Below, piece by piece: positions 1-9,246 of a stretch of DNA of 45,187 nucleotides (position 1 is the first letter of the stretch; each line of letters begins with the position of its first letter). The stretch covers positions 1 to 45,187 of the forward strand of contig PRDI01000117.1 in NCBI GenBank assembly GCA_003345595.1. The letters run 5' to 3'. The position numbers and the translations under genes are program-made. The notes beneath the pieces were generated by a model. The model did not search any database. It was not told the DNA's origin and saw only the letters and a program-made list of their open reading frames with translations. Source of the stretch: Candidatus Thorarchaeota archaeon (GTDB taxonomy: Archaea; Asgardarchaeota; Thorarchaeia; Thorarchaeales; Thorarchaeaceae).

Positions 1-1268
1 CTGCTGGTAGAATAATGACCAAGCACTCCGACAAAAAACATCATACCCAGAGGTATGGCAAGCATCAGCAGAGTCCATGTTGTGGGACCAATCAGCCCAC
101 CATTGTTCTGGGCCCACACGGTCAACCAGCCTATCACATTTTGCGCGACTTGGTCGGGATAGAAGAAAGGCGCACCCATCGTGCGAAATGCGTAGCTAAG
201 AGTAACACCCATGATGGCACCCACGAATGCTGCCGTGGCCACTGCGCCGGTGGTCAAGGAGGATATGAAGTTCACAAGAGCGTTGCGCCAGTTGATGCCA
301 GTCAGCTTTGCACGCGGTCGAGCGATACCCTCGAACACTCGCTTGTACAGCACTTCTGAGAAGCTCTCAGTCATGGGTAGCAGTAGCACCGCAAACAGGA
401 TGGGAGGGGCCGCGAGGATGAGGCCGCTGATGTAGTAGAGACCGAGCTGGTCAAGAGTGCCGCTCTGAATGCGCTCCCATGCGTTGAGTGCAATCGTGAC
501 CAGCGTCAGAAGGATGTTGAACCTAAAGAACCACCCGAGCACACCTCTCATCATCTCGGCGCCGAGGTCCTTCTCACCCAGCTTGATTCCTGCACCCTTG
601 GCAATACGGTTTGACGCGGGGTAACCAAATCGATAGATCCAGGTGAGGAATATGAGGACACCAATAATGTAGTTGTCCCCTTGAGCCATGTACACATCTA
701 TAGACGGCAACAGTGTGGCCAGTCCGATTATCAGATAGTCTTTCCATGCGCTTGCCCATGCCTTGGAAACGACTTTCGGATCAAGCGGTTGGGATTCGAC
801 ACCAGAGAATGACACATGATTCAATCGGTCTTTGAGGCCGGAGTATCCATCGCTTTCAGGCTTCTTTCCAGTCATTCGGAGTATGACATTGTTAAATCGC
901 ATTCTCACGGGCTCTTGAAGAGCGAGCTTCAGCAACAAGACCAGTTGCCCAAACAGCACGGCCACAAAAGACACCATAACCCAGGTGAAGAACTCCTGAA
1001 GGCTGTAAGAGAACTGGAACAGGAAGTCAGTAAGAAGAATCCAGTACAGGTCGCCTCCCTCGACTTGACTATTGAATCCGGGAGGCACCGCTTCGGGATA
1101 CTTCCAGATGTAGTACAGGAAGAACGATATGACCTTGATCACCATCAGGAGGAGAAATGCTTCTATGAACCGGTTCCTGCGATGGCGAAAGAACAACAGG
1201 TATGCGAGTGCCACAATGATCGTGGGGACGAACTGCACGAGTAGTGTCATGAGAGTAAGGTCAGACAT
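1..1268 (-). CDS. Large polytopic membrane protein of unknown function (3' end runs off the window)
   Basis: Not in the ORF track. Manual minus-strand translation from ATG 1268 (MSDLTLMTLLVQFVPTIIVALAYLLFFRHRRNRFIEAF...) stays open to position 1 (~422 codons) with many hydrophobic segments. GGTGAGG SD-like motif upstream. Confidence 0.85.
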   Translation of the reverse strand, partial: MSDLTLMTLLVQFVPTIIVALAYLLFFRHRRNRFIEAFLLLMVIKVISFFLYYIWKYPEAVPPGFNSQVEGGDLYWILLTDFLFQFSYSLQEFFTWVMVSFVAVLFGQLVLLLKLALQEPVRMRFNNVILRMTGKKPESDGYSGLKDRLNHVSFSGVESQPLDPKVVSKAWASAWKDYLIIGLATLLPSIDVYMAQGDNYIIGVLIFLTWIYRFGYPASNRIAKGAGIKLGEKDLGAEMMRGVLGWFFRFNILLTLVTIALNAWERIQSGTLDQLGLYYISGLILAAPPILFAVLLLPMTESFSEVLYKRVFEGIARPRAKLTGINWRNALVNFISSLTTGAVATAAFVGAIMGVTLSYAFRTMGAPFFYPDQVAQNVIGWLTVWAQNNGGLIGPTTWTLLMLAIPLGMMFFVGVLGHYSTS

Positions 1269-1448
1269 AGCCTTGGTCCTCACCTAGCGCTAACAGAGCC
1301 GTGCAGTTTCGCCGAGTAAAAAAGGTTCGTCGGACAGACCTCGTGATTGCCACTGTTTGTGAAGTCAACCCAGACTAAGACTGGAGGGCGATAGTAGTAG
1401 ATTACTTATGGGGGCTGTCTCACTGACCTGTTGTGGTGAATAGTACAA

Positions 1449-3440
1449 ATGCTACCTGAAGAGGTCGTTGAGGCGGTCGCTGATACTGCATCAGGCCTGC
1501 ATGCAGTGGACTACGTAAGAGACCTCACCCGCTTTCATAGGATCCAGGCAAGCCCAGGCATTCATGATGCCGTGGAGTATCTCAAGAACGAGATAGCCAG
1601 AGTGTCAAAAGCGGAGCTGAAGGTCTTCGAGTACCCTGCAACCGGACAAGGCTCCATCGAAACGTGGGAAGATATCTATGGTTGGTTCCCGAAATCTGGA
1701 AGACTGGAGCTAACGGAGCCAGAGCAACGGACACTTGCAGATTTCGACGTTGAACCGATTTCTCTGGTAGCGCAGTCGTGCTCAGCTGACGTCGAGGCCG
1801 AGGTTGTGTACGTCGGCAAGGGAGTGAAGCCAAACGATTTCGAGAACAGAGAAGTAGCGGGCAAGATTGTACTTGCAGAGGGTCGAGCTTCGTATGTGCA
1901 TAGGAGTGCCTGTATTCAGAGGAATGCAGCTGGCGTGCTCATATACGCGGCACCTTCAGGCTCAGATGAGATTGGCAACCTAAGGCCGTATAGCGCAATA
2001 TGGCCGAGACCGGGCGAAGCGAGCAAGACTCGTTTCGGCTTTTCGTTAGCGCAATCGGACGCGGTGAAAATCAAGAGGTGGCTTGATGAAGGCAAAAGGG
2101 TGAAAGTCAAGGCGAAGGTAGATGCCAAGCTTGGGACGGGCAAGATCGAGATCGTGTCTGCGCTCATTAAGGGAAAGGAAACAACGGACGAGGTTTGGTT
2201 TGTGGCTCACATCTGCCACCCCCACCCAAGCGCAAATGACAACGCGTCGGGCGCTGCTGTGCTTCTTGAGTCTCTCAGAGTGATATCGAAACTGATTGCC
2301 GAAGGGGTCGTGCCTGAGCCCAGCCGGTCTATCAGGTTCCTTTGGTTGCCTGAGTGGAGTGGAACGGTCAAGCTTGTACACAATGAGAAAGAACTCACAT
2401 CTAGATGCAAGGCTATGGTGAACGTCGACATGGTGGGAGCCGATCCGGCGAAGTCTGGGTCTCTCCTGCACTTGTACAGAACGCCTCATTCACTGCCAAC
2501 GACCCTCAATAATCTGATTCGTTACTGGTTGAACAGAGAAGTTGCTAGAAAACCGAAGCACCCACTTGGCGGCACCGCCTGCCCAATCAAGTGGACCTAC
2601 GACGTATATTCTGCAGGCAGCGATCACCTGTTCTTTGTTGACGCCACGCTAGGTATCCCCGCAGTAATGATCAACCAGTTCCCTGACAGATTCTACCACA
2701 CATCGACTGATACACCCGATAAGATTGACCCGGTCCAGATGGAATTCATAACCAGAACCGTCATTCTGAGTGCCCTGTCCTTGGGACTCCCCAAGCGTGT
2801 GATGAGAGAGTTGATTCTGATAGCCGCAAGAAACGAGGCAGTCGAGCTCCTCCACAGGGTTGGTGAAAGGGCTGTCACCGATTTGTCCGCCTGCGTTGAC
2901 AACCCAGAAACTCTCTACCCAAGGTATCTCAAGTGGCTGGGATTGGCACACGAGCTCGGGCAGGCCACCCTCAATGCCGCCTCTAGCGAGTGGCCGCTCA
3001 TTGAGGAACAGGAGGCCCTCAGACAGTCCGTGAGAGCAGGTCTTGAGATGACATATGCCGCTGAGATGGTAGTTGCTAGAAGGGCATACGAGGGAGCGTG
3101 TGCTGAAGCCGGTCTAGAGGCAAAGGAGGAAGAGCATTTCCAGATAGGCAAGGAGAACCTTGATGTCGAAGTGAAACGCCACCTGAGGTATGCCCTCGAT
3201 CCGAGTTATCTAGCGAGATCAAGTGACGAGATGCTCATCAAGTACATGGAAATCCGAGAGTCTGACACACAGATCTCCGAACGGATTGATGAGATCCTCA
3301 ATTTCTCAGTTGAGTGGAGGCCACTGACTGACATATGGAACCGCATCTGTATGCAGTTCGGACCCATGGATCAGAAGATGCTCCTCGGAATCGTTGAAGA
3401 CCTAAAGAGGCTCGGTCTCGTAGAAACGAGGGAGGCCTGA
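1449..3440 (+). CDS. DUF4910-like M28-family metallopeptidase with PA domain and helical C-terminal extension
   Basis: AHICHP, ANDNASG, PEWSG, NVDMVG, GSDH and YHTSTD metal-binding motifs; PA-domain segment EVVYVGKG...VAGKIVL. Confidence 0.85.
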   Translation: MLPEEVVEAVADTASGLHAVDYVRDLTRFHRIQASPGIHDAVEYLKNEIARVSKAELKVFEYPATGQGSIETWEDIYGWFPKSGRLELTEPEQRTLADFDVEPISLVAQSCSADVEAEVVYVGKGVKPNDFENREVAGKIVLAEGRASYVHRSACIQRNAAGVLIYAAPSGSDEIGNLRPYSAIWPRPGEASKTRFGFSLAQSDAVKIKRWLDEGKRVKVKAKVDAKLGTGKIEIVSALIKGKETTDEVWFVAHICHPHPSANDNASGAAVLLESLRVISKLIAEGVVPEPSRSIRFLWLPEWSGTVKLVHNEKELTSRCKAMVNVDMVGADPAKSGSLLHLYRTPHSLPTTLNNLIRYWLNREVARKPKHPLGGTACPIKWTYDVYSAGSDHLFFVDATLGIPAVMINQFPDRFYHTSTDTPDKIDPVQMEFITRTVILSALSLGLPKRVMRELILIAARNEAVELLHRVGERAVTDLSACVDNPETLYPRYLKWLGLAHELGQATLNAASSEWPLIEEQEALRQSVRAGLEMTYAAEMVVARRAYEGACAEAGLEAKEEEHFQIGKENLDVEVKRHLRYALDPSYLARSSDEMLIKYMEIRESDTQISERIDEILNFSVEWRPLTDIWNRICMQFGPMDQKMLLGIVEDLKRLGLVETREA

Positions 3441-3476
3441 GAGTCGAAGAAGCAGATCTGTCCCTACAAGAAGGTC

Positions 3477-3932
3477 GTGTTCGCGGGTACTTTTGACCAT
3501 CTTCATGATGGACACAAACACTTGCTCCGGAGGGCTTTCCAGCTTGGTTCTTGGGTCGGCATTGGACTGACAACCAACGAGATGCTGAGTGACAAGACTG
3601 AAGCAGACAAGATACAGAGCTTCGAAGAACGCAAGCGGGCCTTGATGAGTTTCATAAAATCGGAGGGCCAGTCATCGAGATGCACTGTATTCGCCATCAA
3701 AACCCGAGAGGGCGGTGCTGAATCGATGGAGGACCTTGAGGCATTGATAGTGTCAGATGAGATCGGTGTGGTTGCCAACGCGTTCCAGATAAACGAGATG
3801 CGAGCAAGGAATGGCCTACGCCGTTTCGACATCATTGTTGTACCCCGGGTTAGGACAGAAGATGGTGTCCCCTTATCATCTTCAAGAATAAGACGCGGCG
3901 AAACCCTAGACCACAGGAGATTAACCTATTGA
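3477..3932 (+). CDS. coaD: Archaeal phosphopantetheine adenylyltransferase (start uncertain, see findings)
   Basis: GTFDHLHDGH (HxGH) motif, GLT, R/K-x-QSFEER, INEMR...GL and SSSRIR motifs of the archaeal/eukaryotic PPAT family. Confidence 0.8.
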   Translation: MFAGTFDHLHDGHKHLLRRAFQLGSWVGIGLTTNEMLSDKTEADKIQSFEERKRALMSFIKSEGQSSRCTVFAIKTREGGAESMEDLEALIVSDEIGVVANAFQINEMRARNGLRRFDIIVVPRVRTEDGVPLSSSRIRRGETLDHRRLTY

Positions 3933-5200
3933 CCACCGGGTGGGAAGAATTGGGCCTCGGCATATCTAGTCTGAAACAGAGGGTTATCGACCAGCTCCAC
4001 ATATCGTGTTGAGGCCGCCAGATAATCGGCCTCACGTTTTCGTAGCAGGTCTGCTGCAATCATATCGGCTCCGATGCTAGCGGCACCCAACACTTGATTG
4101 ACGTGGGCGCCACTGAACCGCGGCAGAACTCCGACGCGATAGGCATCTTCAAGATTGAGACCGTGGCCAAACGAGCCCGTTAGGTACACCTTGCGCAGAT
4201 CCTCTGCACTAATGCGCGCATAGTCCATAAGCACGCTGACAGCGGCAAGGACTGCAGCCTTCGATTGTTGAACTAAACGCAAGTCGAACTGTGAGATGTA
4301 GATTGGTTTCCCGGTCTGCGACTGAGTTGCGGGACAGACTGTATAGCTGATCACATCCCTGTACTTCGACAGCCACACTGACTCAATCTCCCGGTTCATG
4401 GAACCCTTTGAATCGACAATGCCAGCGTCCAGCATCCCCGCCAGTGCAGATATGACGCCTGTGCCACATATTCCGGATGGTGAGCCATGACCGAATACTT
4501 CGAAAGTTGGTTTCAGATTCGTTGGGTCTATCGAAACCTCGCGAATCGCCCCCTCAGCGGCCGCCATACCGCAGTCCAGTGACATGCCCTCGAAGGCTGG
4601 GCCCGAAGCGGCCGACGCCACCCATGTCGCTCCCGCTGAGCCTAGTGCTATCTCTGTGTTGGTGCCGAGGTCAATAGCAATCGCTGGCTCATCCTGTTGG
4701 GCAAGACCGGAAGCCATCATCAGAGCTATAGCATCCGGTCCCACATATGACTCGATGACAGGTGGTGAATAGCATTGTGTGGTTTCGCCGAGCTCTAGAC
4801 CCACACTTGCACATGGGACTGTGATTGCCTCCTTGTGGTCTGCCACGTAGGGAGGGGTCAACAGGTGACCGACAGGGAAACCGAAGAACAGGTGGTGCAT
4901 GACAGTGTTACCAACCACGACAACATCTGCAATCGACCCCGGCCTCAGACTGCGCTCTCGTAGGATTTGTCTGACTCCCTCATCGATGCATGTTCTGATT
5001 GACGAAGTCAGCCACCTGAATCTGGAATCATCACGCTGAGAGAATCTAATGCGGGAAACAACATCCAGACCAGCCGATTGTTGCGGGTTATGGAGAATAC
5101 TCTGGAGAAGACACTTCCGATTCGCCAAGTCAACGAGGTGTAAAGTCACCCAGGTTGTTCCGATATCTACAGTGAGTCCGAATCTCGCTTGATTGTTCAA
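3926..5200 (-). CDS. ASKHA-ATPase RACo/DUF4445 family (reductive activator of corrinoid proteins), lacking the N-terminal ferredoxin
   Basis: DIGTT, NPQ..G.DVVSRI, VGNTVMHHL, YVGPD, DLGTNTE, GPAFEG, GICGTG, GSFG motifs. Confidence 0.85.
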   Translation of the reverse strand: MNNQARFGLTVDIGTTWVTLHLVDLANRKCLLQSILHNPQQSAGLDVVSRIRFSQRDDSRFRWLTSSIRTCIDEGVRQILRERSLRPGSIADVVVVGNTVMHHLFFGFPVGHLLTPPYVADHKEAITVPCASVGLELGETTQCYSPPVIESYVGPDAIALMMASGLAQQDEPAIAIDLGTNTEIALGSAGATWVASAASGPAFEGMSLDCGMAAAEGAIREVSIDPTNLKPTFEVFGHGSPSGICGTGVISALAGMLDAGIVDSKGSMNREIESVWLSKYRDVISYTVCPATQSQTGKPIYISQFDLRLVQQSKAAVLAAVSVLMDYARISAEDLRKVYLTGSFGHGLNLEDAYRVGVLPRFSGAHVNQVLGAASIGADMIAADLLRKREADYLAASTRYVELVDNPLFQTRYAEAQFFPPGGQ

Positions 5201-5263
5201 GGGTTTCTCGCTCTTGGGATCTTATCCTGCTTCATGATTCATAGACTGGAGTCCAGAAGGACA

Positions 5264-5716
5264 CTATCGTACAATCAGTACAGGACAGGGGGCGCTCTTG
5301 GCGACCTTATCGCTGGTGGTCCCTACGAAGAGACGCCTGATTCCACTGACTCCCCGGGAACCAACCATTATCAGATCGACCTTCTTCTCTTCAGCTACTT
5401 CGATGATTCTACTGGCAGGGTCGCCGTGGGATAGCAGGTCAATGACTTTGCAGCCATCCGAGGAGGCGACTGCCTTGGCACGCGCAAGGATGTCTTCACC
5501 TACCTGCTGAAGCGCGAGGAAGGGCTGATCCGATACTGTGTCATGATAGGGCGTAGCGGAGGGCAGCATCGGAACAACGTGAAGAAGGAGAATCTCTGCT
5601 CCGACGGCCGGCCCAATCAAACATGCATAGTGGACAGCCTTGTAGGAATACTCAGAACCGTCAACAGCGACCAAGATGGCCTTCAGCCTGACGCCTCCCG
5701 CATCCTTACTGCTCAT
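5264..5716 (-). CDS. Universal stress protein (UspA family)
   Basis: ILVAVDGS, GDPA..I, DLIMVGSRG, GTTSDKV, CPVLIVR. Confidence 0.92.
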   Translation of the reverse strand: MSSKDAGGVRLKAILVAVDGSEYSYKAVHYACLIGPAVGAEILLLHVVPMLPSATPYHDTVSDQPFLALQQVGEDILARAKAVASSDGCKVIDLLSHGDPASRIIEVAEEKKVDLIMVGSRGVSGIRRLFVGTTSDKVAKSAPCPVLIVR

Positions 5717-5843
5717 GGGCGACCTCTCGGACCCGTTGAGTTGAGCAGCTTATGACTCTTTCTGAATTGCGCAACCAGCCACAATGTAGTTATATCGCGA
5801 CCACACTATTGAATGGGCAACTCCGTTCGTTCCGGTGGTCAAC

Positions 5844-6077
5844 ATGAGAATCACAGGCACAAAGTTCACAATCGAGAAAAGGGAATCTGCTATCGAGCTG
5901 AAGGACCAAGGCAGGCTCGTTGAAACCTTCCAGTTCCAGGGCAAGAACCTCGTTGAGATGACAGACACAGTCTGGGATGCTTTGAAGCGCAAGGGTGTAG
6001 TAGTACAAAAAGCAGCCCTCAAGGATGACTTGGCAGGTCTGTTTCCAGGCGCGCGTCCCACAGGACCACTGAAATAG
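5844..6077 (+). CDS. Small hypothetical protein (~77 aa)
   Basis: Fills the gap between uspA and glyS with typical codon usage; TTATAT TATA-like box near 5790; GGTGG before ATG 5844. Confidence 0.7.
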   Translation: MRITGTKFTIEKRESAIELKDQGRLVETFQFQGKNLVEMTDTVWDALKRKGVVVQKAALKDDLAGLFPGARPTGPLK

Positions 6078-6153
6078 ACTCAAGCAGAACCACAAGCAGT
6101 CGGGCAATAACCATGCTGTGAACTGCCTGTAATGCATGAGAACGCCTGCGATC

Positions 6154-7683
6154 CTAGATTGTCGCAGGCTGACCCTCTTTCAGTGCTGCAATAGTTGCCT
6201 TTCCTTTAACCAGTTTCAGCAGGATACCAACAAGTTCGGGGCGGGAAATGCGGACCTGTTCCATTGTATCTCTGTCACGCACAGTCACGGTGTTGTCTCT
6301 GAGTGAGTCATAGTCAACTGTCACGCAGAACGGCGTCCCAATCTCGTCTTGGCGCCTGTACCGTCTGCCTATCGAACCCGTTGAATCAAGGTAGGTCGTG
6401 AGTCCGCTGTCTAGGACCTCGTCGTAGATTTCCTGCGATGGACCCACTAGTTCGGGCTTGCCCATGAGTGGAAACACACCCACTTGAACTGGCGCGATGT
6501 GAGGTGGAAATCTCAGCCACACTCGTTCGGAGTCTTCAGCGTAAGCATTGTCGATATGGCAGAACAGAGGCCGCTCAACGCCAAACGCAATCTCAAGAAC
6601 GTTGGGCACGACTGATTCATTGCCGTCCTTGACACTCAAGTTCTCCTTCGAGTATTGCTGGTGCCGGCCCAAATCGTAGTTTCCTCTGTCATGTACCCCG
6701 CAGCACTCGACCCATCCAAAGCTCTTTGTTTGTACTTCTACGTCCCATGCGTCAGCTGCATAGTGTGCCCGTTCCGTGGGCAGGTGTTGCCGTAGTCGAA
6801 GCGATTCCGGTCGGAAGCCCATGCTCCTGAATACTTGATAGGCAAGATTCACGCACCAAGCGTAGGCCTTTGTCTTGAAGTGACCTTGCCGCAGGGCGTC
6901 AGACACTCTGAATGTGGTGACCTCATGTGATCCGCTCTCCTGTATCTTGTACGGCAGGAGAGGAAGTTCATAGGACTTGATGTCGTCAAATGCGCGCCAG
7001 TCGGTTTCGTCCTTATGCAGAATGAAGAGCTGTGCCTCGACCTGAGTGAATTCCCGAAGTCTCAGTATGCCCTGTCGTGGGGAGATCTCATTCCTGTACG
7101 CCTTACCAATCTGGAACACTGCTGCCGGAAGCTTGTCCCTGAAGAATGTCAATAATCTCTTGAATATCAGGTAAGTCGTCGTGGCGGTTTCCGGACGCAT
7201 GTAGGCATCTTGGTCGAGACCAAGACGGGTCTTAAGCATGAGATTGAATCGCTCCACTGGACCCAGTTGCCCCTTGCACGCAGGACATTTTACACCCAAT
7301 TCCCGTATTTTCTCTGCCAGTCTGTCCAGAGAGAGACCCTTGATGTCGGCATCAGGAACCTCCTCCTCGATCAAATTGTCAGCACGATAAGCTTGACCGC
7401 ACTTCGTGCATCGGGTGATGGGATCGACAAAACCCTCGAGGTGTCCAGATGCCTTCCAGACTATTTCCGGAGAAACAGTGGGGCATTCAACTTCCCAGAA
7501 GTTGGCCCTTACGAAAGAGGAACGAATCTCTGATTCAAGCCTATTCTTCAGTAGCTTGCCAAGAGGGCCGAGGTCATAAAGTCCCGAGCTGCCGCCATAG
7601 ATTTCAGGTGATGGCCCCCAAAAGAATCCGCGTTTCTTACAGAGTCCGACGACTGTTTCGGCAAAGTCTCTCTCAGAAGTCAT
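6154..7683 (-). CDS. glyS: Glycine--tRNA ligase (alpha2, archaeal/eukaryotic type)
   Basis: IYGG, SGH, RPETA, QIGKAYRNEISPRQG, RLREFTQ, AHYA, SIGRRYRRQDEIGTPFCVTVD. Start ATG 7683 chosen. Confidence 0.96.
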   Translation of the reverse strand: MTSERDFAETVVGLCKKRGFFWGPSPEIYGGSSGLYDLGPLGKLLKNRLESEIRSSFVRANFWEVECPTVSPEIVWKASGHLEGFVDPITRCTKCGQAYRADNLIEEEVPDADIKGLSLDRLAEKIRELGVKCPACKGQLGPVERFNLMLKTRLGLDQDAYMRPETATTTYLIFKRLLTFFRDKLPAAVFQIGKAYRNEISPRQGILRLREFTQVEAQLFILHKDETDWRAFDDIKSYELPLLPYKIQESGSHEVTTFRVSDALRQGHFKTKAYAWCVNLAYQVFRSMGFRPESLRLRQHLPTERAHYAADAWDVEVQTKSFGWVECCGVHDRGNYDLGRHQQYSKENLSVKDGNESVVPNVLEIAFGVERPLFCHIDNAYAEDSERVWLRFPPHIAPVQVGVFPLMGKPELVGPSQEIYDEVLDSGLTTYLDSTGSIGRRYRRQDEIGTPFCVTVDYDSLRDNTVTVRDRDTMEQVRISRPELVGILLKLVKGKATIAALKEGQPATI

Positions 7684-7805
7684 GACCAAGACCAGAGCGC
7701 ACGCACTAGAGTCCATGACTTAAACCTATGGTCACAACAGTCACAGGCGGCGAAACCTCCGCCATTCTTATTAGGGCTGGAAGGGGGTTGGAATGGAAGG
7801 TGCTA

Positions 7806-9071
7806 ATGGTGGTGGATTCGCGGATCTCAGGCTTCTACAAACTGACGAGGGAACAGCGGGCGAGGAAGCTGGCAGAGCTGGCAGGTCTCAGTGATGATGA
7901 GATTGGAGCCCTTGCGAACCCGGGACGGGTCGACATGGAGATCCTCGACCACATGATTGAGAATGTCGTTGGGGCCATGACCCTGCCTATTGGCATCGCA
8001 ACGAACTTCCTGGTCGATGGCAAAGACTACCTCATTCCAATGGCCATTGAAGAGCCGTCTGTCGTCGCAGCGGCAAGTAACGCCGCACGAATGGCGAGAG
8101 ACCTAGGAGGCTTCACAGCCACTGACACAGGTCCTCTCATGATAGCACAAGTCCAAGCCGTGGGTGTGCCAACACCATTTGCTGCGAAACAACAAGTCTT
8201 GAAGGCGAGGGACGAAATCCTCAGCCTTGCCAACGCACAAGACCCAGTTCTGGTGCGATTCGGTGGAGGGGCAAAAGACCTCAGAGTCAGAGTGATTGAC
8301 AGCCATATCGGGCCGATGCTGATCACCGAGCTCATTGTAGATGTGAGAGACGCGATGGGGGCGAATGCGGTCAACACAATGGCTGAGGCGGTGGCACCTC
8401 TCGTCGAAAGACTCACCGGCGGCAAGGTTCTGCTGCGCATCCTCTCCAATCTGGCAGACCTCAGAATCGTCCGGGCCACCGCGACTTTTGACAAGGAGCT
8501 GCTAGGTGGCGACGAGATCGTCGATGGCATCATCGCTGCTTGGGCCTTTGCTGAAGCTGACCCATACAGGTGCGCGACCCACAACAAAGGCATCATGAAC
8601 GGTGTGGACGCGGTCGTCATAGCCACAGGAAACGACTTCCGTGCCATCGAGGCGGGGGCTCACAGCTATGCTGCTGTCGGGGGCTACTCCTCGCTCACGA
8701 AGTATGAGAAGAGAAAGGACGGCCATATCATTGGTACTATTGAGATTCCTATGGCGGTGGGGCTTGTTGGCGGGGCGACCAAGATTCATCCTACTGCCAG
8801 AACTTGTGTCAGAATCCTTGGTGTGAAGACCGCCCTCGAATTGGGGCATGTCATCGCCAGCGTGGGTCTGGCTCAGAACCTAGCAGCTTTGAGGGCTCTC
8901 GTCGCAGAAGGCATACAGAAAGGGCACATGGCGCTACACGCTCGAAATGTCGCTGCGACAGCAGGAGCCAAAGGAGAGCTAATCGATGTCATCGCGGACC
9001 GTCTTGTGAAGGAGAAGAACGTGAGAGTCGAGAGGGCAAAAGAGATACTGGCGGAACTGAAACGGGATTAG
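7806..9071 (+). CDS. hmgA: Hydroxymethylglutaryl-CoA reductase, class II
   Basis: SRISGFYKL, ENVVG, EEPSVVAAAS, DAMGAN, THNKGIMNG, GNDFRAIEAG, GIQKGHM. Confidence 0.95.
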   Translation: MVVDSRISGFYKLTREQRARKLAELAGLSDDEIGALANPGRVDMEILDHMIENVVGAMTLPIGIATNFLVDGKDYLIPMAIEEPSVVAAASNAARMARDLGGFTATDTGPLMIAQVQAVGVPTPFAAKQQVLKARDEILSLANAQDPVLVRFGGGAKDLRVRVIDSHIGPMLITELIVDVRDAMGANAVNTMAEAVAPLVERLTGGKVLLRILSNLADLRIVRATATFDKELLGGDEIVDGIIAAWAFAEADPYRCATHNKGIMNGVDAVVIATGNDFRAIEAGAHSYAAVGGYSSLTKYEKRKDGHIIGTIEIPMAVGLVGGATKIHPTARTCVRILGVKTALELGHVIASVGLAQNLAALRALVAEGIQKGHMALHARNVAATAGAKGELIDVIADRLVKEKNVRVERAKEILAELKRD

Positions 9072-9246
9072 AAGTGTCTTGCAGCACTGAAGGGGCAGTA
9101 TCAAAGACGCGCAAGCCCTGCAGCCTTCGTTTTATCGACATCCGGTATGTAGGCGCAATGTATTTTTGTGTCACAACTCTAAACACGAGCCTGACTAGGC
9201 CATTCCTCCGGTTAGGTGACAAACAGCCCTTGGGAGTCTGAATCGA

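Noticed and set aside
15-1244. Plus-strand ORFs 15-359, 211-435 and 816-1244
   Set aside because: Antisense shadows of the long minus-strand membrane protein gene.
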